Positions 1 to 11,097 of a stretch of 64,000 nucleotides of DNA are shown one piece after another. Source of the stretch: Monocercomonoides exilis PA203 (Eukaryota; Protista; Preaxostyla); assembly GCA_001643675.2 (NCBI GenBank), contig LSRY02000013.1, positions 682,001 through 746,000 of the forward strand. Reading direction: 5' to 3'. The position numbers and the translations under genes are program-made. Under the pieces are notes generated by a model. It worked only from the letters and a program-made list of their open reading frames with translations. It was not told where the DNA came from and ran no database searches. Position 1 is the first letter of the stretch; each line of letters opens with the position of its first letter.

Positions 1-21
1 TTCATATTTATTTTTTAACAG

Positions 22-371
22 GTTTACAGATGCCAAGCATCAAGAGTATCTTTCACAAGTTTTGGAGACTTATTACACACACGGGATGATCATCAATGTT
101 CCTTGGACAGGCTTAGACGAAATTAAGGTTAGAATAAGTTTTTGATTCAATTTTCATAATTTCTCTTGCTTTTGAATGAATTTCACAAAAAATATTGCAA
201 TGTTATAATTATATCTTATAATAGAAATTGGCTAAAAAAGCAGAAATATTTTCTGTCAGCTCTCCAAATGTTGAATTTGCACTGAGTGTGTATGTGTGTT
301 CATACCCAAGCTATGTGATATCTGTCTGGATATATTTGATGGCTGTTATTCCAAAGAGAGGCAGATTCTGA
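22..371 (+). CDS. CC2D2A: 3' end of CC2D2A/MKS6-like ciliary transition-zone protein (partial; exons 22-127, 225-371)
   Basis: Manual splice (GT 128..AG 224) gives ...HQEYLSQVLETYYTHGMIINVPWTGLDEIK-KLAKKAEIFSVSSPNVEFALSVYVCSYPSYVISVWIYLMAVIPKRGRF*. This matches the CC2D2A C-terminus (PNVEFALAVYIHPYP..VLSVWIY). Not in the ORF track. Confidence 0.8.
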
Positions 372-963
372 GAGAAACATAATTCATTGAATTTTTTCAA
401 TTATTAATGAGTATTTGGCATTTGTCATTCGATTTCTTGTGGCTCCGAGTCCATATCATCTGATCCATAAATATGATTCATTGAGGAAAAATTAGAAAAT
501 GAAGGGGCGTTTTAATAACATCATTGAAGGATAAATTTGCCACAATTTCGATACTGATGAATTTATTTGCAATTCTTGAAAGAGGCTCCTTTTTCAAAAA
601 ATTTATGAAATTATCAACCTCAAGATCGCCTCTTAAAATGCAAAGTAACTTGCGTTGCTTTATCCAATTATTTGCGATTTCTAGAAAGATGCATTATCTT
701 ATTTGTTTCATCCGAGAGAGTAAATCGAAGTGTATTTTGCATATCTGTTCTATTTTAAAATTTATTACTCTCTCATTTTTTATTTTGTATCCTTTTTGTT
801 GAAATAATGTACATTAGTTAGTTTGCATTTTATTTTTTTGAAAATGCTTTTTAAAAAACTGTGAATCAAAGCATGCATATAAATGAAATAACAAAAATTG
901 AATGAATTTTTGGAAAAGATGTCACTCTTTTAATGAAGGGACAGATCATAATAACATCCAAAA

Positions 964-3542
964 ATGGTGTGAATTCTTTGAATATTCATATTTGTTCAAC
1001 GATATCTATTCTAATATTTTAATTATAATTGTTAGGGAGGAGAACAATCGTCAGGCAAGCCAACGACAACAACTAATGCCTCAACAATTATTTGGACAGA
1101 AGCTGGTCTGACGGACATTCCAAAAGAATCTCTAAAGTTTACAAAAGTGCAGACTATGAATCTTTCATCTAATTTGATAGCTTCGGTACCAGAACATATC
1201 CAGAAACTGAAAAATCTCACGTCACTAAACCTCGCAAATAATTGCATAACTGTCATTCCAAAGTACATTTCAGTTGCATCAAATATTAGATAGTATGAGC
1301 GTTTTGTTTTTCTATAAATTTATTATGAGCGTTGACTTTTTTTCTTTGAATATTTAAGTTTATCTTTATCGAATAACAAGATTCGCTTAATAAGTGAACA
1401 ACTTTGCTATTTACCTCATTTAGAGGTTTTAGATTTAAGTTATAATGAAATTGTTACTCTGCCTGGAAGAATTGGAGACCTAAGAAATTTGAAAGAATTA
1501 TATTTACACTTCAATCTCCTTGTTGATGTTCCTGATTCTTTTGGCGATCTACAACTTTCAAAGCTCACGCTTGATGAGAATCCTCCGCTTTCTCCTGCTC
1601 TTGCGCGATTGTGCGAAGGTGGGTGCGGAGATCAAGCCCGCTTCATCACTTCATTTGTTCGTTTTCGCAGAATCACACAACTGCCAGCTGGCTTTTCTGC
1701 ACAGCTTTCACCAGAGAAAGGCGTACCTTATTTCTACAACATTGACTCCAAAACTTCGTCTTGGATTGATCCGCGCTATTTCATGTTTCTGAACACTCTT
1801 TCGTTTTATGAGAGAAGGCTATTTTCATTTGCAGGGCAGCCTCCATCGATGATGATGCCATTAATTCCAATTTCACAGACTCCAACTTCTTCTTCTCCAA
1901 CATCACCAGCAACACTTGCTCTTCTTTCTTCTCCCTTCGGAACTGTCCCCCAGCCCTCGCTTGCTGTTGCTGCCGCAGCTGCTGTGGCTGCTGCCTCTGC
2001 TTCATCGTCCTCAGCCTTGTATTCATCTGCCTTTGGCTCGTCTGCTGGCTCCTGGGCAGCGGGCAACGGGGCGAATGGGCTGGGTCTTCTGTGTCAGAAT
2101 CCGATGTGCTTGAACCCGTGCGAGTTGGGCTGTGCGAAGCGGATGTGCAGCAAGTGCTGCAACGGAGAAGGGTGCCAGATGCATTCGACTGCGCTGCAGA
2201 AGAAGAAGCACAAGTCGTTCAATGACAGAGCAGCGCAGATGTGGGAGAAGATCACAGCGATGCACATTCCGGAGCCTGAGATGTGGAGAGAGAAGCCTCG
2301 TCTGAAGGTGACGCTGCGGCGCGACCATCTGCTGCAGGACTCGTTCAGAGATGTGATGCGTGCCAACCCCGAACGACTGAAGCTGCGGCTGAACGTGTGC
2401 TACTTCGGGGAGACAGGGCTCGATTACGGTGGGCTGACGAGAGAGTGGTTCACGCTGGTGTCGGAGGAGATTGTGAAGCCTGACTACTGCCTCTTCCGCC
2501 CCTGCGACGGAAACCCCGGAGTGTTCCAGATCAACCCGCATTCGTATGTCAATCCGGCTCATCTCGAATACTTCCGCTTTGTCGGCAGGCTTCTTGCGAA
2601 GGCTCTTTTTGATCGGTTTTTGGTGAATGCTTATTTCACCCCAACGTTCTACAAGGGCATCCAAGGAACACCTGTCTGTTTTGAGGACTTGAAGCTGGTG
2701 GATTTGGAGCAGTACAACTCGCTCAAGTCGATTGAGTCGATGGACGATGTGGAAGACTTATGCTTGACGTTCTCAGCGACGACGATGGAGTTTGGGGAGA
2801 TGAAGGAGATTGACCTGATTGAGAATGGGCGGAACATCGATGTGACGAAGGAGAACAAGAACCTGTTCATCCAGCTGAAAACGCAATATCTGCTGGAAGG
2901 GCAAGTGAAGGAGCAGATGGAGCAGGTGAAGTTTGGCTTCAACGAGCTCATTCCGCCGGAGCTGGTGGCGGACTTCTCTTTGACAGAGATGGAGCAGCTG
3001 CTGTGTGGCAGTGTGGTGATTGACATGAAGGACTGGAAGAAGAACACGAACTATTCGATGTACACAGAGTCCTCGCCGCAAGTCGTGTGGTTCTGGAACA
3101 TTTTGGACTCGATGACGAACGAGGAGAGGATGGGCGTGTTCCAGTTCGTCACTGGGACGACGAAGATTCCGCAGGGAGGTTTGAGGATTTGCATTTATTT
3201 ATTTATTTACAGAAATTATCAAATTTTTCTTTCTTTCTTTTTTTTCTTTTCTTTTTTTCTTTTTTTCTTTTTTCTTTTTTCTTTTTTCTTTTTTCTTTTT
3301 TCTTTTCTTTTTTTTATTTAATTTTGATTTTTTTTCTCTCTTTAGGTTTTGCCAATCTTATTGGAAGCAATGGGCCTCGCAAATTTCTTATTAATAAGCT
3401 GCCTCGTTCCACAGACCATCTGCCTTCTTCGCACACCTGCTTCAATCAGCTGGATCTTCCTGAATATGGTTCACAGGCAGAACTTGAGGAAAAACTGAAA
3501 AAGGCAATTGAATTGGGTTTGACTGGCTTCGGAGAAAAATGA
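964..3542 (+). CDS. NEDD4-type HECT E3 ubiquitin ligase with N-terminal LRRs, one WW domain and a Cys-rich finger (~758 aa; exons 964-966, 1036-1292, 1359-3178, 3346-3542)
   Basis: Frame-consistent GT-AG introns. LRRs ([30 protein letters not shown]), WW (LPAGF...[16 protein letters not shown]), HECT motifs ([25 protein letters not shown]) and catalytic Cys in [15 protein letters not shown]. The ATG-only first exon is less certain than the rest. Confidence 0.9.
3223..3335 (+). repeat. Poly-pyrimidine (T-run/C) tract in the last HECT intron
   Basis: ~110 nt made mostly of T runs broken by single C, inside intron 3179-3345. It explains the spurious poly-Phe in the ORF track. Confidence 0.85.
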
Positions 3543-3874
3543 GAAAGTTTATCTGCGACTGTGTTATTAACGCAGAGATTGCTGCGAAATTGCTTGATGT
3601 CATTTTTGTTTTATCTTTCATATTAAACACGACGCATCATTTCACTTGAGCAAATCATTTTTTTCTTCAATTTGATTTAACTGTTTTCCTTCTACTCTTA
3701 GAAATACTTATTTCTTTTGACTTTTTTAATTTGCACTTCTTTATCTACATTATTTTGAGATTTATTTTGTTTCACTTACTGTTATTTGTGGTTTTTTGAA
3801 TCATAACTTAAATATTATCATAAAATATTGTGTATGGGTTGATCAAAATATTCACATCAAAAGAGATATTTTTA

Positions 3875-4501
3875 ATGGCTGAAATATCTGTGAAAAAATA
3901 TGAGTGCTTGGACCATACAGCAGACATTCAGTTCCATTCTTGTTTGTTTCTTTTTTCTTTGGAATTTTTTTTTTTAGAAATGAAAATTGAAATTATTGAA
4001 AACAGGGGGCAGCACTTTGAAAGAAGCTTTTGAAAATGTATGCAATTTTTTAATCAATTGCTATGTATATTTACAATCATTGTTGTGAATTAAAGATGGC
4101 GTTATGTATGTTCGATTACGTCACAGAAATTGAATATGTCAAAATTAATGATGAGCTTACACATGATTTCGAAGTTTCTGGTCTGTGCTTATTTTTTTTT
4201 TTTTTTATCTAATCATTTTTTAATTTTTCAATTTCAAACAGGACATGACATGCAATCTCTGCTTTTTGCATTTATGGATGAACTTCTGTTTCAATTTTCA
4301 GCAGATTTTTTCACCGTGCGCAAAATTAATATAACTGAATTCGATCGAACAAACTTTAAAATCAAAGCAACCATTGAAGGAGAGACGTTTGATCGGAAAA
4401 GACATCCAATTGGAACGGAAATTAAAGCAATTACTTATTCGAACATGCAAATTCATGAAAAAGAAGAAAAAACTGATATTTTCATGATTGTTGATATTTG
4501 A
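3875..4501 (+). CDS. ZBTB8OS: Archease, RtcB tRNA-ligase cofactor (exons 3875-3941, 4006-4037, 4096-4180, 4242-4501)
   Basis: Spliced product MAEISVKKYECLDHTADIQFHSWGSTLKEAFEN...GHDMQSLLFAFMDELLF...GTEIKAITYSNMQI...IVDI*. The DHTAD, KAITY and terminal DI motifs are archease signatures. Confidence 0.95.
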
Positions 4502-4626
4502 AAAACAAAGACTAAATTAAACAAACACTCATTTCACAACATGAAACACTTCCAACAATTTTAAAAATATTTTTCTTTTGTTAAGTTATTTAAAAAAAAA
4601 ATATTGAGTGAAAAAACAAAATACAA

Positions 4627-6469
4627 TCAAGAAGGTGAAGAATGATGAATTGATTGTGAAAGAATATTCACAGAAGAAGAGTTTGCAAATTGATTTGCAT
4701 ACGGAAGTGAATTCACTGCTTGAGAAGAATTCTGATTGATAATTGAAGCAGTTGCCGAAGCTGATGTTACAGCACCAGCTGAAGCAGAAAGGAATGAAAA
4801 CTGAGACGAAGGCTGTTGATTGGATGCTGGCACAAGTGATATTGTTGTGAGTGGAACGGTGCTGTCGCCTGATGGTAACTGTGTTGAGGTTGTTAAAGGA
4901 AATTCACCTGTTGCAGGAAAGGGATAACTTGTCTGTTGTGTTGGGTTGAAAGATGTGGGAGAGGAGGAGAGAGAAGGAGGAGAACATGAAGGAAATGAAG
5001 CCGTTGGAGACAATATGGAAGTCGGATAAGACGAAGTGGCATTTGCAAATTGAGACATGGCTGCTTCTTCATTTGATGTCGGAATTCCGCCTACAGACAT
5101 TGTTGGTTGTTGAATTGCTTGGCCTTGAGAAGATTGTTGGAGGAGAACCTGCTGCTGTGCTGATTTGTGAGATGGATGGGTGAATTGAGGAAGAGGAGCA
5201 GTGGCAGGCACTTGAGGTGGATGTGTGAGGTAAGGGAAGGTTCGAGGAGTGATGGCAGGAAGACGAGTCTGAGGTGATGCATTTGGCAGAAATGAATAGC
5301 CAGACGAAGGCTGCATAGGAGGAACTGAAGAAGGATATGGAAGAGAAGGTGGAATGTTTGGCTGGAGTTGGGAAGAAAACATGGAGGTTCCTACAGATCG
5401 GTCAGCCGGGAGTGGAACTCCGCTTTGATTTGAAGGAACAGCTGACGTAGAAGATGAAGAAGACGACTCAAGATATTCTGTTCATTATACAAAAAATAAA
5501 TGATTCAGATAAGTATGAAACAGATAGGCAAATCAATGGATAAACATATTGAAATATTTTTTTTTAAAAAAATTGATAAATCAGAAAGCATTTGTTTCAA
5601 ACTTTTCAAAGAATGATGAGATCCTGTATGTAGACGAAATCCAAATATGTTTGGCTTAAGTGATGTTTTGGGTGCAGGAGGAAGATCCAAAGGATATTCT
5701 AGTAAAAATAAATGAGGAAATGAAGATCCTATGAACGCTCCATCGATATCTGCAATAATAAACAAATATTCTTAAGAAAATTAAAAAAAGATTGATATAA
5801 CCTTTATGAACCGACAATGGTGGAGTATATATTTGTTCGCATCGCGGGCAAAATAACTTGAGAACTCCCTTTCCAGGTACATCACTTTCTCCCATTGGAA
5901 GAGCAGATTGAAATTGGCAATGATACCTTGGACATACTCCAAATTCAGACTTTTTATATTTGTCGTACTGAATAAAATAAATTTCATAAAATTGCATTTC
6001 TATAATTGCTAATTTCAAACAAACCATCAGCTTAAGTCCTCGAGGGGTTGTTATAAATCTGGCATGAATTAAATTATATAAAATTTCTGCGGATTCTTCG
6101 ACAGCTCCTTTCTGTTCATCAGTCAAATCGTCTAAAACAATTGAAAAAATACAGAAATAATTTGATAAATTAATTTTAAAAGAAAATAATTATTTGAGAA
6201 TAAATACCGAAATCATCATCTTTTTCATCTAATATCAAATCTAAAGCTCGCTGATAGTGCTCAACTGCATTTGTAAGGCCTGCTAAATTAAATTCATCTT
6301 CTATGTAATCTCTGTCCACTTCGCAAAAAAACTCATTTCCTCTCTGAGAACAAAACCATGGAATCCAATCATCATCTTCTGTGGTTTCTTCCTCTTCCTC
6401 TTCTTCCTCCTCTTCACTTTCTTCGTATGAAGAAAACTCATCATCGCCGCGTAAAGAAGTTCCATTCAT
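4627..6469 (-). CDS. CSNK2B: Casein kinase II regulatory (beta) subunit with long S/P/Q-rich C-terminal tail (exons 6469-6208, 6131-6025, 5967-5802, 5749-5603, 5477-4627)
   Basis: [40 protein letters not shown], zinc finger CPRYHC...[25 protein letters not shown]. All introns GT-AG and frame-consistent. The link to the last exon is inferred. Confidence 0.92.
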
Positions 6470-6693
6470 ATTGCAAATGAAACAATTTAGCTTCAAAAAT
6501 TCTGAAAATGAATTGTTAATGATCTTTTCATAATAAAATTTTGAAAATAATCTTTTTGCTATTTTTCCTTTTAAGGAACTATCTGAAAAATGTGCAAATG
6601 TTTCTTTATTTGTAAACCAATTAAACAATTTTTGCTATTTTTTGATCCTGAAAATCCATCTTTTGAAACAGATCAGAGTGAGATCAAAAAGAC
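6470..6693. promoter_or_regulatory. Probable bidirectional promoter, CK2-beta / RPL36A
   Basis: Head-to-head ATGs only 224 bp apart. CCAAT at 6617-6621. GATCA upstream of each ATG on its own strand. Confidence 0.55.
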
Positions 6694-7175
6694 ATGGTTT
6701 ATATTCTTCAGTTGTTTTTTATTTAAATTAATTTTTGCTTGATTTGCTACCTTAAATTTATCTTATTACTGAAACTGCAATTTATGTTTGAACATTGATA
6801 AGGTTAACATTCCAAAGAGAATTAGAACTTTTTGCCCAAAACTCAAGAGGCATACCGTTCATAAGGTTATGCAATACAAGAAAGGTGGTGTTTCTCCACA
6901 TAAATTGGGAAACAGACGTTATTACAGAAAACAACAGGGCTTTGGTGGACAGACAAAGCCTATTCTTCACAAAAAGGCAAAGACAACAAAAAAGATTGTG
7001 TTGATGCTTGAATGCACCGAAAGTGGATGCAGGTATTTATAAAAATCTTTTCTTCATTTATTTCATCTGAACTTCGTTTTCAAATGTTAGACACACAAGA
7101 GTTTACAAGAGAACAAAGAAGTTGGAACTTGGAGCAGAGAAGAAGACCAAGAAGGGATCCAAAATTTATGGTTAA
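6694..7175 (+). CDS. RPL36A: 60S ribosomal protein eL42 (L36a/L44) (exons 6694-6696, 6803-7032, 7091-7175)
   Basis: [14 protein letters not shown]...[34 protein letters not shown]...[20 protein letters not shown] introns 6697-6802 and 7033-7090. Confidence 0.97.
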
Positions 7176-7504
7176 ATTGCATAATATACTTCATTTCAAC
7201 GTCTACTGTTTATTTTTGATCCATGCCATGTCTCATCTCTTTCGAACAAAGCAAAATTAGGTGAGTATTCCATATATATCCAAATCGAAAAAATCTATTT
7301 CAAATTAATTTTCTCTTCTCCAGTTACTAAACAAAAATTTCCAATTCATAAATGGAAAAAAATCAGATTGTTAACTCACGATTCGAGATGATAAAAAGTA
7401 AACAAAAAGATAAAACAAAATTTTCAAAACGAAAAAGAAAATTTCAAATGATATTTTCAGTTTATAAATTTGTAAATAGTTTGAACTCTCATGGAATAAA
7501 AATT

Positions 7505-10500
7505 TCAATCATCCCAATCACTCGAATCGGAGCTCTCTTCAGCTTTTTTCTTTGGAATAACTTTTTTTGGTTTTGGTATAGCCTTTGGTTTTGGTGCAAC
7601 TTTAAGTTTGTGAATTAATGGCCGCATCGCATCCAACTGCCTCTTCCCAAACTCAATGCTTTCTTTAAGATCTTCTATTTCCTCGTCATCGCTCTCCTCA
7701 TCGCTTTCAAGTCCGGAATCATCTTCATCCTTTTCCGCATCTTTTACATTTGAAGAAGATTTTCCTTTTTTCAGTTTCTGATCCAAGTCTTTCTGCGAAT
7801 ACTCGATTTCCTCATTCAGCAGCTTTTCCCATTCAAACACCACTTTCGGAGAAAGAAGCCTCGCATCAACACACTCAGCCAGAACATCACTCAACAGCGG
7901 AAGCATCTTTGAATGTGTATCGGTTCGTGTGGCCAGTTTAAACACAATGTCCAGCTCGTCATCAGCTCTTATGTATTGCTTGATGTACTGAGAATACAGT
8001 CCAACCTCCTTTTTGATAAATGCCACAGCATTTTCCTTGTCTCCGTTGTTCTTCCTCATAATGTGTGTGGCTTTGCCCCAAATTCCACACAACAGAGCAA
8101 ACGGACAGGTGAACGTGCTTTCGTTCTGACTTCGAATGAACGAGATGATATCTTTCACAATCGCCGCTGCTTTGTCAGTTGATTTCAATGATCCAGGATA
8201 CATCGCAATAATCCGCTTCATTACACTTCGTGTGGAGGTTCCGTCTGATTCCGATGCAGACATGCGATCGTCTGAGAGTGTGCTTTCACCATCGCTGTCG
8301 TCACTGCTCCATTCGCTTTCAGAGTCCTTCGATGATTCGTCTGAACTGCTGCTGCCGAACGACGAGGACGATGTAGATGCAAATGAGTCGTCGCTATCGA
8401 TGTCTGTTTCTTCCTTCGACGATGGCGACAAGTGTGACAGGCTGCTGCTCTCTGTGTCGATAAGAGATTCAGCCTCTTCATCAGAAAAGTCGGAGCTTCC
8501 ACTTCCAGCTCCTTCTAAGGACTGCATGGAGCCTATTGCATCTTCGGCGAAAGAACCCTTTTTGGGTGTTGTTGCAAATGAAATAGCAGAAGCAGCAAGA
8601 GGAGAGAGAGAAGGAGGTGATGTTGAGAGAGTTGACTGAGGATGAGGTGGGTGAAGGTGCGCAGACTGAGATAGATTCATCTCTTTGATAACCGGAAAGT
8701 TGGTAGGAAGATACGTAAGAAGTGACCCTCCCCTTTTGTGAGATGCAAGGAGTGATAGAGAGTTTGGTGACTGCTTGCCCAAGTTAGCTCTTTGCAGCTG
8801 AGAAGAAGACGCAGATGAAGAAGAAGAAGAAAGCTGTCTGGAAGGATCTTTCCTGTCTGATTGCAAAGCTTGCTGAGGAGAAGCAATCCTCGAGTTCTCC
8901 GGCAACGTCTCATTTGAACTGATGTTGTTCAGGAAAGAGATGACTGTTCCTTTTTTCAGCACAGAATTACGCTGGATGCGGCAGTAGGCGCAGATGATGG
9001 TGTCTTCTGCCTCCACATCGTTGTCGATGTGCACATTATTCCACACAACACATCGGGTCAAATGCACATTGTCACCAATGGAACATCCACTTCCGATTGT
9101 AGTCTCTTCAATTTTCGCGTTTTTGCCAATTCGAGTTTTGCTGCCGATCAAACAGCACTGGCCAATTGTGGCAGTTCTATGGAGAGAATTGGAGGATTTT
9201 TCAAATAAACACATTCAGAACAGAATTAATTATGTCAAGACAAAAATTGAAATAAAAAATAACATATGGTAAATTTATACAAAGAAATTCAATTGTTTCT
9301 GAACCTGTCAATGTCAACATCCTGAAGCGATTTGTATGTTGAATGCGATGTGGCGATGTATTCACCAAGCGATTTGTCAAAATGCCTGACAATCTTTGCG
9401 ATGCTCCCTGTGCGCGCATAACCCATCTGAACCATCGCATTCAGCGACGATCGGATAGACGAGCGGAATGGAATAGTATCCAATGCTGCTTTCGAAGGAG
9501 ATGATGCGATACTGAATGAGTTTGAGGAGATAAGAGGAGAAGGCCCGCCTGATGTATTTGCCGCAGAAGGAGGGGTCGGAGAAGGAGAAGAGAAGAACGA
9601 TGAAGAGCGGTCATGAAGAGAAAAAGGATCTGGCGAAGTCAGTTTAAATGACGAAGGCGAAGAGCTCAGTGAGGCAAATGGTGGCATTGTGTGGTGATAC
9701 AATGGGGCTCCTTCCATCGCTCTGAATAGAAAGAGCGGGGCAACGTTGCGAGTGGACTGTCCATCCGGCACGAGTGGATACACCCAGCGCCGCATGATGT
9801 CGTGACTGATGCTGATTGTATCTTCGAACGATGTGATGTTGCGGCAGTAGCTCCCTTCAACCACCTTGATGAACAGCTTGTTCCCCACAGGCGATTCCAG
9901 CACAGCTGTGAAAAATTCAGGAAGCGTGCGGAATTCGTATACATCATGGAATTGTGACTGAAACTCCTTTGCACAGATGGCTAGCCAGCATGGGACGATG
10001 TCGTGTCGCAGAATCATTCCACCGTGTGGAAGTGATTCGGAGGAGAACGGTACTTTGGAAAGATGATGATTGACAATTGGTAGTGTTGGTGAAGAAGAAG
10101 ATGATGATGACTCAGAAGATAAAGATAGATCATTTTGAAATTGATTTGACTGAGAAAAAGGTGAAGACGACTTGGAGGGCATTGAATCTCCTTTTCCTTC
10201 TTTTCCTTTTCTTGAATAATCTTTGCTTTTATCAAGTTCATTTTCTTCTTTGTTTCCTTTTTTAGAGACAACATATTTTCCTCTCCATTCTGCAACCAAC
10301 AGTTCTCCTGTTTTTGTACTATATCCTATTGCTAGCTCCAAAGATTTCTTTTGCTGAACAAGAGCAGTTGGTGCTTTGTGAAAAAGAAAAGTTGCCATAA
10401 CATTTGGCTCCTTCAGAGAACTATCATAATAAATGGCTATCATCAAAAAAAACAAAAAAAAAAAGAACAAAAGATTCTTCATACAAGTGAAAATTAATAT

Positions 10501-10939
10501 ATGGATTCAAATTGACATTTGTTATAATTCCTCCATGACAAAAGATAAAATCACTTGTCAAAATTCCGTCTTCAACAATCTTTTTAAAGCATTCTGGTAC
10601 TGTCTTAACATTTGGCGTGTGATGAAAAACGATTTGTGGTGATTCCCAACTACTCCATTGAGATTCCCTTCGAAAATGAAATATTATTGCCATAAATGAA
10701 AATAAAATAAAATATGTAACAGCAAAAGCACACCGTATGTAATCTTGTATTGCTTTATATTTATGGCAAGCAACCACAAAAATTTTTGAAACAGACTGTG
10801 CAGTTAAGAATTCAAGTGTGTAATGAAGGATCGGAACATTGCAAATAGGAATAAGTATTTCGGGGAAATCTAACGACACAGGATTAAAATTGTTTGAAAA
10901 CGAATCGCATATTAGCAACGCTTGAAGTTGCTGAGACAT
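7505..10939 (-). CDS. EIF2B5: Translation initiation factor eIF2B epsilon subunit (exons 10939-10734, 10667-10485, 10420-9305, 9176-7505)
   Basis: N-terminal NTP-transferase-like domain (LQALLICDSF...LIPICNVPILHYTLEFL), DIMRRWVYPLVPD, left-handed beta-helix hexapeptides (IGSKTRIGKNAKIEETTIGSGCSIGDNV), W2-like end (LLSPKVVFEW) and acidic tail. Confidence 0.9.
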
Positions 10940-11097
10940 GTCAGAACAATTTCTTTTCGATCCATCACCAATATAAAAATATTAAGAATAGAGAAAAAAA
11001 TAAAAGTGTTGATTGGCAGGCTTACAACATTTCTGAAGCTATAAGTCGCTATTACTTCATGATAAAATTAAAACGCAAATATATTGCCAATGGGATA
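10940..11097. promoter_or_regulatory. Probable bidirectional promoter, eIF2B-epsilon / VPS9 gene
   Basis: Divergent starts 120-160 bp apart. CCAAT/ATTGG at 10968, 11012 and 11087. Confidence 0.45.

Noticed and set aside
3179-3345. Poly-Phe 'transmembrane' end of ORF 1489-3321 and middle of ORF 3087-3542
   Set aside because: Translation of a T-rich GT-AG intron. Splicing restores the HECT domain.
10894-11058. ORF-track start of the 2364-aa protein overlapping eIF2B-epsilon
   Set aside because: TTG start in AT-rich promoter DNA. The first ATGs are at 11059 and 11098.
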